64,000 bases of DNA, from NCBI GenBank assembly GCA_963787175.1, contig CAWBCA010000012.1, positions 5,033 through 69,032 on the forward strand, written 5' to 3'. The stretch's first letter is position 1, and every line of letters begins with the position of its first letter. Of the stretch, positions 30,693 through 42,210 are shown piece by piece. The translations under genes were made by a program, and so were the position numbers. The DNA comes from an uncultured Acidobacteriota bacterium (GTDB taxonomy: Bacteria; Acidobacteriota; Vicinamibacteria; Vicinamibacterales; 2-12-FULL-66-21). The notes below the pieces were generated by a model. That model did no database searches, had not been told where the DNA came from, and saw only the letters and a program-made list of their open reading frames with translations.

Positions 30693-33117
30693 ATGACCAA
30701 TCCAGCCGCAACCCCCACCTACGTCCTGGACTTCTCCGATATCACGCTTCAGGACGTCGGCCGCGTCGGAGGCAAGAACGCCTCGCTGGGTGAGATGTTC
30801 AGAACGCTGAGGCCGGCTGGCGTGGGCGTGCTCGACGGATTCGCGACGACGGCGGACGCCTACTGGCGGCTGCTCGGCACCGGCGACCTGAAGGCCACGC
30901 TTCGAACGGCGTTCGCGTCTCTCGATCCCGAGGATCTCGCGCAACTGGCGGTCTGCGGACACGCTGCACGCACGGCCGTTCTCGAAGCGGCGCTGCCTGA
31001 CGAGTTGCGCGCCGCAATCCTTGCGGCCTACGACAGGCTGTGCGCCCGGCTCGGACGTGAGCCGGAGATGGCGGTCCGTTCCTCGGCGACGGCGGAAGAC
31101 CTCCCGGAGGCGTCGTTCGCGGGCGCTGGCGAAACGTTCCTCAACGTACGGGGACGGGAGGCGCTGCTGAGGGCGGTGCAGGCCTGCTGCTCGGCTCTCT
31201 TCACCGATCGTGCGATCAGCTACCGGGCGCGCCTCGGCTACGACCAGCTCTCCGTCGCCCTCTCGGTCGGTGTGCTGCCCATGGTCCGGTCCGACCGGGC
31301 CAGCTCTGGCGTGATCTTCACGCTCGACCCCGAATCAGGATTCCGTGATGTCGTCACGGTCTCCGGCGCGTACGGGCTCGGCGAGTTCGTCGTCCAGGGA
31401 GTCGTCACGCCCGACGAATGGACGGTCTTCAAGCCAACCCTTGCGACAGGCCATCAAGCCATCGTCGGGCGCCGGCTGGGCACGAAAGAGGTGCGCCTCG
31501 TGTATGCCGACGGCAGCAAGGGGACCAGGAGCGAACCCGTGCCTCCAGAGGACCGCGCGCGTTATTGTCTGTCGGACAACGAGGTGCTGAAACTCGCCCG
31601 ATGGGCGGCCCTTATCGAAGACCATTACTCCACGGCTGCAGGTCATCCACAACCCATGGACATCGAGTGGGCGAAGGATGGTGTCACCGGCGACCTGGTG
31701 ATCGTCCAGGCCCGGCCGGAGACGGTGCACTCCCAGAAACCACGCGGAGGCGCCGCCGAGGCGTACCGGCTGACGGCAGCGCCGGGCACACCGCGCGTCA
31801 CGGGGCAGGCCGTTGGCGAGAAGATCGCGGTCGGCCGCGTGCGTGTCGTCCGAAGTATCGATTCGCTCGGGCGCGTCCAGCCGGGCGAGGTCCTCGTGGC
31901 GGAGATGACCGATCCCGACTGGGAACCCGTCATGCGCCGCGTCGCCGCCATTGTCACCGACAAGGGGGGTCGCACGGCACATGCGGCGATTGTGTCCAGG
32001 GAGTTCGGCCTCGCCTGCATCGTCGGCACAGGCGTCGGCACAAGCCGGCTTCGCGATGGCGACGAGGTGACCGTCTCCTGCGCCGAAGGGGCCGAGGGCC
32101 ACGTCTACGCCGGCGCCCTGCCGTACGAGATCGATCGCATCGACGCCGCGGCTGTCGCGCAGACGCGCACGAAGGTCATGCTGATCGTCGGAGACCCGAG
32201 CCGTGCGTTCGCCCTCGCCAGCGTCCCTAACGCCGGCGTGGGGCTGGCCCGGACCGAGTTCATCGTCACGAACCACATCGGCATCCATCCAATGGCCTTG
32301 GCGCGTTACCCGGCCTTGTCCGACCCGGCCGCCGTGGCCGCGATTGCCAAGAAAATCGGGGCCGAGGACGCCAGAGCCTTTTTCGTGCAGCGGTTCAGCG
32401 AGGGGGTCGCACGCATCGCGGCGGCGTTCTATCCCAAGCCGGTGATCGTTCGCACGAGCGACTTCAAGAACCAACGAATACGTTCGGCTCCTCGGTGGTT
32501 GCGAGTTCGAGCCTGACGAGGAAAACCCGATGATCGGCTTCCGGGGCGCGTCCCGGTACGTACCGACACACGGTACGCCGATGGGTTTGCACTCGAATGC
32601 GCGGCTCTGCGGCGGGTCCGGCTCGACATGGGACTCACCAACGTCAAGGTCATGATCCCGTTCTGCCGGACGGTCGCAGAGGGGCGTCGCGTGTTGGGAG
32701 ACGATGGCTGCCAATGGACTGCGCCAGGGGGAACAGGGCCTCGAGATCTACGCGATGTGCGAGGTGCCCTCGAACGCGGTGCTGGCGGAACAGTTCCTAG
32801 AGGTGTTCGACGGCTTCTCGATCGGATCGAACGATCTGACGCAGCTGACGCTGGGGCTCGATCGCGATTCCGGCACCGTGGCGCATCTGTTCGACGAGCG
32901 GGACGACGCGGTGCGCTGGCTGATTGCGCGGGCCATCCACGCCGCTCACAAGCTTGGAAAGACGATCGGGATTTGCGGGCAGGCACCGTCCGACTACCCG
33001 GAGTTCGCGGTGTGGCTGACGCAGCAAGGTATCGACTCCATCTCCCTCAGCCCCGACGTGGCCATCGCGACGGCCACACGCGTCGCGGCTGCCGAACGCG
33101 AGCTGGTGTCCCGATGA
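30693..33117 (+). pseudogene. ppsA: phosphoenolpyruvate synthase (pyruvate, water dikinase), three frame breaks in the last quarter as assembled
   Basis: VGGKNASLGEM, PMDIEWAKDG, TDKGGRTAHAAIVSREFG (phospho-His region) and ARTEFIV. After ..RTSDFK (~32469, extra a) the product continues as [30 protein letters not shown] shift at ~32565 gives [44 protein letters not shown] shift at ~32702 (extra c) gives [23 protein letters not shown]...GSNDLTQL... Confidence 0.9.
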
Positions 33118-33390
33118 TCCCGGCTTGCCGAACCGAGTGCCAGCTGTCCTCGCCGCCCGGCGTTCATGGTGCGCGCCCGGGGCATTTTGCCGACCAACAA
33201 TGCGACCTGAGTTCGACCGCCGCTCGGACCGCCCGTGCGGCGACGAACGTCCAGGTGATCGCCAATTTCCCACACGCACATGCCGTGAGGCACAATCAGG
33301 CTCCAGACCTGTCCTGCGCGTGGACTGGGCGACCGCAGAAAGGCCGTCCAGTTTCTGGCACCAGAACACAGCTGGGTTCGCGATCACACT

Positions 33391-34749
33391 ATGGCCAAAG
33401 CCACAATCCTCGTCGTTGATGATGAAGCGCTGATTCGGTGGTCTCTTGCGGAGCGCCTGAAGGCGGAAGGCTATGACGTGCTGGAGGCGGACACCGGGCG
33501 GGGCGCTCTGGAACGGCTTCCGGAGGGCGTCGACCTGGTCCTGCTCGACTATCGGCTCCCCGACACCGACGGCGTCACCATCCTGCGCAAGATGAAGGAG
33601 TTCGACCAGGACATCCTGGTCATTCTCCTGACCGCGTATGCCAGCGTGGAAACCGCCGTCGAGGCGATGAAGCTGGGCGCCTATCATTTCGCCAACAAGC
33701 CGTTCAACCTCGACGAGGTCGCGGCGACCGTCGAGCGGGCGCTGGAGACGACCCGGCTGCGCCGCGAGGTACGGCAACTCCGTACGAGTGCGGCGCGTCC
33801 CTACAGCCTCGACCGCATCGTCGGCGCGTCTCCGGCCATGACCACGCTGCGGCAACTCGTCGCCCGTGTCGCCAGCAGCCCGGCGTCGACAGTGCTGTTG
33901 ACTGGTGAGAGCGGAACCGGCAAGGACCTGGTCGCGAAGGTGATCCATTACGGCAGCGACCGGGCCGCCAGGGCGTTCATGAACATCACGTGCTCCGCGC
34001 TCCCCGAGCAGCTCCTGGAGAGCGAGCTGTTCGGGCACGAGCGTGGCGCCTTCACCGATGCACGGCTGCAGAAGAAGGGCCTGCTCGAAACGGCCAGCGG
34101 TGGCACCGTCTTCCTCGACGAGATCGGCGAAATGACCCCGGCCCTCCAGGCGAAGCTGCTGCGGTTTCTCGAGGAGAAAAGCTTCAAGCGGGTGGGCGGC
34201 GCCAGCGACATCCGCGTGGACGTGCGGGTGATCGCCGCGACCAATCGCGACCTTCAGGAAGCCGTCGCCAAGCACCAGTTCCGGGCCGATCTGTTCTACC
34301 GGCTCAACGTGCTCCCCCTGCCCCTGCCGCCCCTCCGTCAGCATCCAGAAGACATCCCCGCGCTGGTCGAGTTCTTCATCGATGGTTTCAATACGGAGTT
34401 CAGGAAGCGGGTGCTGGGCGCGACGCCGGCGGCCCACGCCGTGCTCCAGCGCTACGGATGGCCAGGTAACGTACGCGAGCTCCGCAACCTCGTCGAACGT
34501 GCCATGCTCCTATCTGATGCCGACCGGCTCGATGCGCGAGACTTCGCGTCGCTCAACACCACTACCGCCGCGGGCGACGGGTTCGAGCTACCCTCCACCG
34601 GCGTCGATCTCGAGAAGCTGGAGCGAAGTCTGGTCATTCAGGCGCTGCAACGCAGCGGGGGGAACCAGACTCGCGCTGGAGCGCTGCTCGGTCTGAACAG
34701 GGACCAGATTCGCTACCGGATAGAGAAGTTCTCCCTCAACACCGCCTGA
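33391..34749 (+). CDS. sigma-54-dependent response regulator (NtrC family: REC + AAA+ + Fis-type HTH)
   Basis: REC: [11 protein letters not shown]...[13 protein letters not shown]. Walker [15 protein letters not shown] loop (variant of GAFTGA). [18 protein letters not shown] tail [23 protein letters not shown]. Confidence 0.95.
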   Translation: MAKATILVVDDEALIRWSLAERLKAEGYDVLEADTGRGALERLPEGVDLVLLDYRLPDTDGVTILRKMKEFDQDILVILLTAYASVETAVEAMKLGAYHFANKPFNLDEVAATVERALETTRLRREVRQLRTSAARPYSLDRIVGASPAMTTLRQLVARVASSPASTVLLTGESGTGKDLVAKVIHYGSDRAARAFMNITCSALPEQLLESELFGHERGAFTDARLQKKGLLETASGGTVFLDEIGEMTPALQAKLLRFLEEKSFKRVGGASDIRVDVRVIAATNRDLQEAVAKHQFRADLFYRLNVLPLPLPPLRQHPEDIPALVEFFIDGFNTEFRKRVLGATPAAHAVLQRYGWPGNVRELRNLVERAMLLSDADRLDARDFASLNTTTAAGDGFELPSTGVDLEKLERSLVIQALQRSGGNQTRAGALLGLNRDQIRYRIEKFSLNTA

Positions 34750-34937
34750 TTGCCCCTCAGCGGGAGCTGTGTCGGATCGGGCTTCTGACTGGCGGCCTTA
34801 ATGGTCCGCTTGTGCGCTGTCTTCGTTGCGGGTTGTTCTGCCCGCCGGCGCGACATTCGCGCTGCCGGTCACGGCGGTGCGCCCGAACAGAGAGCGTCGC
34901 GGCAGCCGAAAGAGGCCGTTCTGCAGAGCCGACGAGG

Positions 34938-35405
34938 TCAGGCGGCATCTGCCGCTGCGGGGTTCGCATGGACCGTCAGCACAGGACAGGGCGCGAGGCG
35001 CACGACCCGCTCGGCCACGCTGCCCAGGAGCACGCGATTCCAGCCACACCGGCCGTGCGTGCCACACACAATCAGGTCAACGCCATGAGCCTCCGCATAC
35101 TCGAGGATCTGTTCGCTGGGGTCGCCCCACGCGGTCGCCACGACAACGCGTAGATTGCGCCACTCTTCCAACGAGAGATAGTCCGTCAGCCGATCCTGTG
35201 CCTCAGCCTGCAGCCGTTCCACGGTCTCAATGAACTGCGCGGCCGGAACGTAGCCGGACCACGGCTCGCCCAGCGGCTCGGTCACCACGTGAAAGACATG
35301 CAGCGACGCGCCGAACGTGGTCGCCAGCGCTCGAGCGCGCTCCAATGCCGCACGAGCGGCCTCGCTGAAATCCATCGCCACGAGCACGGTTCTGAGAGCG
35401 ATCAT
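34938..35405 (-). CDS. universal stress protein
   Basis: MIALRTVLVAMDFSEAARAALE...LHVFHVV...DLIVCGTHGRCGWNRVLLGSVAERVVRLAPCPVLTV. Confidence 0.9.
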   Translation of the reverse strand: MIALRTVLVAMDFSEAARAALERARALATTFGASLHVFHVVTEPLGEPWSGYVPAAQFIETVERLQAEAQDRLTDYLSLEEWRNLRVVVATAWGDPSEQILEYAEAHGVDLIVCGTHGRCGWNRVLLGSVAERVVRLAPCPVLTVHANPAAADAA

Positions 35406-35475
35406 GACGTCGCCTCCTCTTGCCGGGCTGCTGCCTCAAGGATGTGGAGGCTGGCCGCCCGGTGCCTCAGCGATC

Positions 35476-35490
35476 GCAACGGCTGTACCA
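35476..35490 (-). promoter_or_regulatory. candidate sigma-54 promoter (TGGTAC-N5-TTGC)
   Basis: Plus-strand gcaacggctgtacca, ~70 nt upstream of usp ATG 35405. One mismatch in the -24 box. Confidence 0.45.
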
Positions 35491-35638
35491 GCGGAAACGG
35501 CCGGTCATTCAAGACAGGCGTAGCCGCCGTACCGAGAGTGCCCTCGAGCACCGCGAACTATTCCGCAGCACGCCGGAAGAATCACCTTCGGCAAGTTCCC
35601 TCACGAGCCTGATTTCCCAGCGTACGCGGTAGCGCGGA

Positions 35639-35654
35639 GGGCACGACTGTTGCC
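35639..35654 (+). promoter_or_regulatory. candidate sigma-54 promoter (GGGCAC-N5-TTGCC)
   Basis: gggcacgactgttgcc, ~150 nt upstream of the kinase ORF start 35806. Divergent from the 35476 motif. Confidence 0.5.
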
Positions 35655-35805
35655 ATCTCAGGCCTCGAGTGCCGCTGGTTCCTGGGAGCCACGCTGGAGG
35701 TTGCGATGATTGCGCTTACACAGATACCCCTCGCCCCCGGACTTCGGCAAACTGAGCGAGAGTTCGTGCACCCGGACACGGCAGTAGCCGCGGCGCACGT
35801 CTGAC

Positions 35806-37137
35806 ATGGAGCTCCTGCAACGACTTGGCGCGGCGCAGACTGCCGCGAAGCGATCCGCGGTCGGATTGACACCGCCACTGACGTCCACCTTCTGCCACAG
35901 CCGCGGACGTGATCTTCTCCTCGTCGCGGCGGTGCTGACGCTGCTGCTCTGGCTCGGCACGCCCCTGAGGACGCCCGGCTCGCACGTGGCGCCGTTCGCC
36001 GGTTTGTGGGCGGCCTCCGGGCTGCTTGGTGTCTGGAGCTGGAGGTACACGCGGCGCGCCCTCGAGCCGCCGCACGCAGCCAGAGGGGTGGCGGACTCGC
36101 TGGAAACGCTTCAGGAGGTCCGGTCCGCGCTGGATCAGGCCGCCATCGTCGCCACCACAGATCACCGCGGAACCATCATGTCGGTCAACGATCGGTTCTG
36201 CGCGATATCCGGTTACTCGCGCGAGGAGCTGGTCGGGCAAAACCACCGCATCATCAACTCCGGCTATCACCCATCGACGTTCTTTGCCGACCTATGGAGG
36301 ACGATTGGGCGTGGAAGCGTCTGGCGCGGGGAGGTGCGCAACCGCGCGAAGGACGGGTCTCTCTACTGGGTGGACACGACGATCGTGCCGTTCTTGGATC
36401 AGGGCGGGAAACCGCGCCAGTATCTCGCCATTCACAGCGACATTACCGTCCGCAAGGATGCTGAGGCGCAGCTTCGCAGCCAGGCGGCCCTTGCGCACCT
36501 TGGCCAACTCGCCGCCGTGGTCGCACACGAAGTGCGCAACCCCTTGGCAGGCCTCCGCGCGTCTCTGCAGGTGCTGGATGGCCGGTGCTCCAACGAGCTT
36601 TCAGCGCGACAGGTCATCGGGGCCATGATCCAGCGCATTGATGAACTGAACGAGAAACTCGGCGATCTGTTGCTCTATGCGCAGCCGAGGCCCGCGCGAT
36701 TGCAGGCTGTGGATGTGCGATCGATCGCGCTGGACGCGGCCGCCGCCGCTCGCGCAGCCATGGGTGAGGCTCACCCGCCCGTCCCCGTGCTCGGCCAACG
36801 GACCGTCGCTCGTGCCGATCCCGACATGCTCCGCGCGGCCGTGCTGAACTTGACGCTGAATGCATGTCAGGCCGCCGCACGCGCCGGGGTCGAGCTCCAG
36901 GTCGAGGGAGACGAGCGTGTCTGCCGCATCTCCGTGCGTGACCGCGGGCCTGGCATCCCGGCCGACCTGCGGGATCGGTTGTTCGAGCCGTTCTTCACCA
37001 CTCGCCCGGGCGGCACGGGTTTAGGACTTGTTGTCGCCAGGCGTCTGCTCGACCTCCAGGGAGGCGCGGTGGCATTGAAAGACCATCCGGAGGGGGGCAC
37101 GGTGGCCGCGGTCACCCTGCCGGCAGCACCAGAATAG
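35806..37137 (+). CDS. membrane-anchored PAS-domain sensor histidine kinase
   Basis: Two N-terminal hydrophobic segments. PAS (TDHRGTIMSVNDRFCAISGYSREELVGQNH...). H-box VAHEVRNPLAGL. N/G boxes (RDRGPGIP, GGTGLGL). Confidence 0.85.
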   Translation: MELLQRLGAAQTAAKRSAVGLTPPLTSTFCHSRGRDLLLVAAVLTLLLWLGTPLRTPGSHVAPFAGLWAASGLLGVWSWRYTRRALEPPHAARGVADSLETLQEVRSALDQAAIVATTDHRGTIMSVNDRFCAISGYSREELVGQNHRIINSGYHPSTFFADLWRTIGRGSVWRGEVRNRAKDGSLYWVDTTIVPFLDQGGKPRQYLAIHSDITVRKDAEAQLRSQAALAHLGQLAAVVAHEVRNPLAGLRASLQVLDGRCSNELSARQVIGAMIQRIDELNEKLGDLLLYAQPRPARLQAVDVRSIALDAAAAARAAMGEAHPPVPVLGQRTVARADPDMLRAAVLNLTLNACQAAARAGVELQVEGDERVCRISVRDRGPGIPADLRDRLFEPFFTTRPGGTGLGLVVARRLLDLQGGAVALKDHPEGGTVAAVTLPAAPE

Positions 37138-37213
37138 CTCCGGACCGGCGGGAAACCTAGCGCGCTCGTCGCACCATGTCTGTTGAGGAATGTGTGACGA
37201 CTGATCGTGACGG

Positions 37214-38653
37214 TCAGGCTGGCAGCTGCACGGTCACCGTCGTGCCGCCACCCGGCGGGCACGACACGCTGATCGTGCCGCGATGCGCCTCGACGAGGCG
37301 CTTGGCGGTCGGAAGCCCCAGGCCGGAGCCGCGAGACTTGGTGGTGAAGAAGGGCAGAAAGATTTTGTCACGCATCTCGGCGGGTATGCCTGGGCCGCGA
37401 TCGATGACGGCGATCTGGCACGTGCCGTCCACCGCCCCGACTTCTACCTGCAGCGTGCCGGCGTCGTTCATGGCATGCGCGCCATTCACGATGAGGTTCT
37501 CGAACACGATGCGGAGCAGGTCAGCGTCGGCCAGGATCGGCGGGTGCGAGCCACGGACCTCCACATGCAAGCCTGCGAGGGCGGGATTCCGGCTGAGCAG
37601 GTCGGCCGTGAGCCTGACGAGTGTCTCAATCTCCACAGGAGCCGACTTCGGCCGGGGCGGACGGGCAAAGAGCAGCAGGTCCTGCATCAATCCGTTCAGC
37701 CCGTCTATGCGCGCCACAATCTCCTGAACGATGGCGGTGTCACTGCTCTCCTTGGGCAGCCGGGCACCAACGACCTGGACCGCACCCCGCACGCCTGCGA
37801 GAGGATTCCTTACCTCGTGAGCGATGACGGCGGCCATCTCGCCCAGCCTGGCCAGGGCCGCCTGCTCCCGGAGCTGCGCCTCGAGGCGCACGCGCGTCGT
37901 CAGGTCGTGGAGAATCCCCGAAAACCGACGTTCCTGCCCGATCTTCATTTCCCCAACGGCGAGGTGGGCGGGAAACGTCGTCCCGTCCTTTCGTAAGCCG
38001 GTGACCTCGCGGCCGATCCCGATGATCCGTGGGACGTCCGTAGACAGATAGCGGGCGATGTAGCTGTCGTGCTCCTCGCGGTGTGGGGAGGGCATCAGGA
38101 GGCTCACGTTACGGCCGATTACCTCCGACGCCTCATATCCGAACATCCGCCCCGCACTCGGGTTGAACTCTTCGATCCGACCCTGCGCATCGATGACGAT
38201 GATGCCGTCGACCGCCGAGTCGAATACGGCGTGCCAGCGCGCCTCGCTGACCCGGCGCGCAGCCTCCGCCTGTTTCTGTTGCGTGATGTCATGCGCAGTC
38301 GCCGAGGCGCCAATCACACGCCCGCTCGCGTCACATACGGGCGCAACCGTCAGCGACATCTCGATCAGTTCGCCGTCCTTCCTGCGGCGCAGCGTGTCGT
38401 AGGGACCGACGCGCTCTCCCGCCGCAACGCGCCGGATCACGCCCGGAAGCTCGTCGGCGCGATCAGCGGGAATGAGGATTGAGACTGATCGTCCGGTGAT
38501 GTCAGGCCCGGAATAGCCGTAAAGGCGTTCGGCACTCCTGTTCCAGGTCAGAACGACACCGTCCAGATCCGTGCCGATGACGGCGTCGGCGGACGAATCG
38601 AACAAGGCCCCGAGAAAGGCCGCCGCGTCGTCGTTGGGCGTAAAGGCGGACAT
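37214..38653 (-). CDS. soluble double-PAS sensor histidine kinase; second PAS is FixL-like (heme-PAS)
   Basis: PAS1: AVIGTDLDGVVLTWNRSAERLYGY. PAS2: IIVIDAQGRIEEFNPSAGRMFGYEASEVIGRNVSLLMPSPHREEHDSYIARYLSTDVPRIIGIGREVTGLRKDGTTFPAHLAVGEM. H-box IAHEVRNPLAGV. ATP-lid IDRGPGIP..GSGLGL. Confidence 0.9.
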   Translation of the reverse strand: MSAFTPNDDAAAFLGALFDSSADAVIGTDLDGVVLTWNRSAERLYGYSGPDITGRSVSILIPADRADELPGVIRRVAAGERVGPYDTLRRRKDGELIEMSLTVAPVCDASGRVIGASATAHDITQQKQAEAARRVSEARWHAVFDSAVDGIIVIDAQGRIEEFNPSAGRMFGYEASEVIGRNVSLLMPSPHREEHDSYIARYLSTDVPRIIGIGREVTGLRKDGTTFPAHLAVGEMKIGQERRFSGILHDLTTRVRLEAQLREQAALARLGEMAAVIAHEVRNPLAGVRGAVQVVGARLPKESSDTAIVQEIVARIDGLNGLMQDLLLFARPPRPKSAPVEIETLVRLTADLLSRNPALAGLHVEVRGSHPPILADADLLRIVFENLIVNGAHAMNDAGTLQVEVGAVDGTCQIAVIDRGPGIPAEMRDKIFLPFFTTKSRGSGLGLPTAKRLVEAHRGTISVSCPPGGGTTVTVQLPA

Positions 38654-38820
38654 GAGAGGCGCGCAATCCGGCGTCGGACGGACAACGGCATTCTAGCCCG
38701 AGAGTGGTAAGGCTGTCCCTCTGGAGAAAGGAACGATGGGGGGAGCCTTCGGAGCGAGCGGCTGATCGCTTCTCACGAGTTCGGCCGCCACCTGTGCCTC
38801 GCCGCCAAGCTGGTCGAGTG

Positions 38821-40332
38821 TCATCTTGCGAGCGTCCGAGCGGTCCCGCCAGTGACTAGCTTCATCCGTTGGCTCATGTGCGCCTGCAAATAGGCGCCAG
38901 CGTTCCGCAGCACCTGCTCTACCGACGGCGAGGGGTCAAGACCGTGCCACTCACCTCCCGATACGCCCTGCCTGTGCTGCATCCGGACGACGTCGGCGTC
39001 GGCATCCGACGCGCGTGCTCTCGCTGATTGACGCGTGTGAGCAATGTCGGTTCGGGTGCCTCCAGCCACAGAGAGATGAACGGGACGCGTGCGAAGGCCG
39101 CGACCTGCGCAATGGTCTGCCGGTCTGCTTCCCGGCCGAACACCGCGTCCACGATGACGCTGTGACCTGCTCTCAGGATCTCGGCGGCGCGGGCGGCCGA
39201 TGTGGTGTAGACCCGCTCGGACAGGTGGGGCGCTTACCCTTGGTCCGAGTCGCTGGCGTGGTGACACCCCACAGAGGCGCTTGCGGATCTCATCGCTGCG
39301 GAGCACTACGGCGCCAGGCACGGCGCCAACATACGGGGCCAGGCCGGCCGCCACCGTGGACTTCCCTGAGCCAGACAGCCCACCAATGGCGACAAGGCAG
39401 GGGCGCGGAGGGTGCAGCATCTCTTCCGACATTGCGAGGTATTGGCGCGCCAGCTGCTCTGCTTCTCGTTGCGCACCGCTCTCTGTCTGAAGCCGCGCGG
39501 AGGTCGCGCTCGTCTTCGCCCGGACGGCAGCCCGGCACGACAGAAACAATGGGAGTAGCGCGACGCCACCCGGGTCCGCAGCCGCGTCGTAGTACCCGTT
39601 CCATACCGCGTTGGCGTGCCGGGGTAAGCCGCGACGCCAGAGGTCCATGAGCAGGAAGGCGAGGTCGTAGTAGGTGTCGGTGCAGGAGATCTCGTCGTTG
39701 AACTCCACTCCGTCGAACAGCGTGGGCTGACCCTCCAGCAGGACGATGTTGCGCAGGTGCAGATCTCCGTGACATTCCCGCACGTAGCCCGACTGCCGAC
39801 GGCTGTCCAACAACCCTGCCACCCGCTCGAGCTCGCACTGAGCTGACTCGGTCAGACGCCGACACGCAGCCGGCTCGAGGCAAGCCGTGCCGAATTCCTT
39901 GAACCCCGCCACATTGCCATCGATGACCCAGCCCATTCCGGCCTTGCCGCCATGATCCGATCTTGGGTCCGCCGACTTGTGAAATGCGGCGATGGCCTCG
40001 GCCAGCGGCGCCATCAGCGCGAGGTCGAGCTGTCCGGCTGCGGCACGACGGTCGAAGAGCGCGTCCTGAGGAAAGCGATTCATCTCGACCACCCAGTCGA
40101 GGGGTGCGCCTCGGCCCCCGAAGGCCAGCGAGCCGTCCGGTTCCCGGGTGACCGGCACGACGGCCCGGTACAGCGTTGGCGCCGTACGTCGGTTCAGGCG
40201 AAGCTCCGCTTCGCAGAAGGCCTGACGCTGCATCGACGTAGAGAAGTCGACGTAGTCGAATCGCACGGCGTGTTTTGATCCGTTCGACCTGCTGCTGGCG
40301 TAGGTGGTCGGCGAGGCCAGAAACTCGATCAC
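38821..40332 (-). pseudogene. bifunctional aminoglycoside-phosphotransferase-fold / P-loop kinase protein (Rv2004c-like), two compensating frame breaks as assembled
   Basis: APH fold: ECHGDLHLRNIVL..FDGVEFND. P-loop GGLSGSGKST. Between ~39230 and ~39015 the conserved text runs in another frame (..LSERVYTTSAARAAEILRAGHSVIVDAVFGREADRQTIAQVAAFARVPFISLWLEAP..). It then returns to the first frame (DASDADADVVRMQ..). Confidence 0.8.
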
Positions 40333-40573
40333 GGCTGTCTGTCCTCGGTGATCATCGTTGCCTCAAACTTCCTCCCGCGCAGCATCAAACGCCTTACAGC
40401 GCCCGGTGCTTCATCGCTGCCGACGAGGGACCGGCGCTGGCGCCTTGTGCCAACGCCCCGCTCGTCAGCTCTGGCTCGTCGACGAGGACTCTCGCCGCGA
40501 ACAGCACGCGATCGCTGTAGCCGCAAGCGTTGGAGCCGGCAGAACGTCCAGCGCGTCTCCCTTCCCAACGAGT

Positions 40574-41521
40574 TCACCCTGCATGACTGATCACTTGTTC
40601 ACGCCTCGCCGGCTGTGGGCGCACCACATGGCCGGGGGGGAGTGCCAGCACCAGATTCCTGGAGAGACACAGGAAACGATAGGTGACGGAGCCCATTCGC
40701 GGACCGATGAGAGGTGATCCATGAAGACCGACCAACGTCAGTCCCGCCTGGCGGTCGTGGGCAATCTTGGCGAGCTCCTCCGCGGGATCGCCATACGCCA
40801 CAAGCGCTTCGGAGTGGAGGCGCGGTGGAATCGTTGCCACCAACTCACTCAGCCGGTCTTCTGCGATGGCACGCTGGTCGGCCTCGAGCGTGATGACGTG
40901 CCGCCGCCCGGCCATGGGCGTCTTGATCGGTTCGATCACGTATGCCAGAAGCATCGGCACGTTCAGGGCCTCGGCGACCGCACGCGCGACCTGTGTCTGA
41001 TGCAGCGAGTCGGCCGACAGATCAACGGGCACCAACACCCGGCGTACCAGATGCTGTGCCTGCTCGACGGACAGCGGCCGCGGCACCACTGGCGGGGTGA
41101 TGAGCACCGGCTGCGATGTCTCGCGAAGGACGCGCTCCGTCGTGGAGCCAAAGAACAGCTTCCGCATCCCTGTGAGCCCCTGTGTGCTGATCACAATGAG
41201 GCTACATGAGCGCTCCTCGCAGACGCGCAGGATCTCGACTGCGGGCTTCCCAACTGCCACCTCGTATTCGAACGCGGCCGGGGGGCTCGAGTCATGAGCA
41301 CCGGCCCTGCGGGCAAAGTCCGCCAGTTCCTGGGTGCAGGCGCCCGGATCCCAGACGATGCCGGTGCCGAGGTCGACCGCATTTGCCAGGAGCGGGTGTG
41401 CGACCGTCAGCACCAGCACACGCGCGCCGAACCGGGTACCGATGGCGGCCGCATAGCGGAGGGCGCCAGCGGACGCTTCCGAGAAGTCCACCGGGCACAG
41501 GATCAAAGGACTGTCGTTCAT
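40574..41521 (-). CDS. tandem (double-domain) universal stress protein
   Basis: MNDSPLILCPVDFSEAS...SLIVISTQGLTGMRKLFFGSTTERVLRETSQPVLI, then a second domain RVLVPVDLSADS...LTLVGLHGSPLIGPRMGSVTYRFLCLSRNLVLAL. Start is M at 41521 or 41533. Confidence 0.85.
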   Translation of the reverse strand: MNDSPLILCPVDFSEASAGALRYAAAIGTRFGARVLVLTVAHPLLANAVDLGTGIVWDPGACTQELADFARRAGAHDSSPPAAFEYEVAVGKPAVEILRVCEERSCSLIVISTQGLTGMRKLFFGSTTERVLRETSQPVLITPPVVPRPLSVEQAQHLVRRVLVPVDLSADSLHQTQVARAVAEALNVPMLLAYVIEPIKTPMAGRRHVITLEADQRAIAEDRLSELVATIPPRLHSEALVAYGDPAEELAKIAHDRQAGLTLVGLHGSPLIGPRMGSVTYRFLCLSRNLVLALPPGHVVRPQPARREQVISHAG

Positions 41522-41605
41522 GATGGCCTCCATCTCAGACACGTTGGCGCACGCTGCTCCCGCAACCCCGCCGGAGTCACGCCGGTTCGGGGGCACCAGA
41601 GTCGG

Positions 41606-42085
41606 TCAGGCGGCACGGTGAGTCTGTGGGGTCGATGCCTCGTCGGGGCGGATCGTCAGCACGGGACACGGTGCAGCGCGGACAACGCGCTCGGCTACAC
41701 TCCCCATCAACAGCCGTGCGATGGCCCGGCGACCGTGCGTGCCCATGACCACCAGATCGATGTTCTTCTGCTCCGCCAGATAGTCCAGGATCTCCTCGGC
41801 CGGCGCGCCTGTGCGGCACACGAGCACGACGTTGTACCGTTCCCGCTCCTCGTCCGTTAACGACGTCTCGAGCAGCTTCAGGGCATCGCGCTCCAGTTGG
41901 GCAAACAGGTCCGGCGGAGGCGCATAGAACTCCATGTACCCGCCGCGCACGAAGGGATTCTCGGTGGCGTGCAGGAGGTGGAGCGAGGCGCCGAACGCGT
42001 CCGCCAGGCCGCAGGCGTAGCGGAGCGCCTGCTTCGATGCCGCACTGAAATCGGTGGGGACGAGGATGTTCTTGATGCGAGTCAT
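41606..42085 (-). CDS. universal stress protein
   Basis: MTRIKNILVPTDFSAASKQALRYA...LHLLHATE...DLVVMGTHGRRAIARLLMGSVAERVVRAAPCPVLTI. Close paralogue of 44887..45366. Confidence 0.9.
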   Translation of the reverse strand: MTRIKNILVPTDFSAASKQALRYACGLADAFGASLHLLHATENPFVRGGYMEFYAPPPDLFAQLERDALKLLETSLTDEERERYNVVLVCRTGAPAEEILDYLAEQKNIDLVVMGTHGRRAIARLLMGSVAERVVRAAPCPVLTIRPDEASTPQTHRAA

Positions 42086-42210
42086 GGTCAGCTCCTGCCA
42101 ACGGTCTTGAACTAGCGTGGCGGCCCTCCGGGAGAGGACAAGCCGGCGGCGCTCCAGTCGCCCGTTGGCCCTTGTGGAATGTCGATGGAGGCGCGGCTGA
42201 CTCGACCCAG

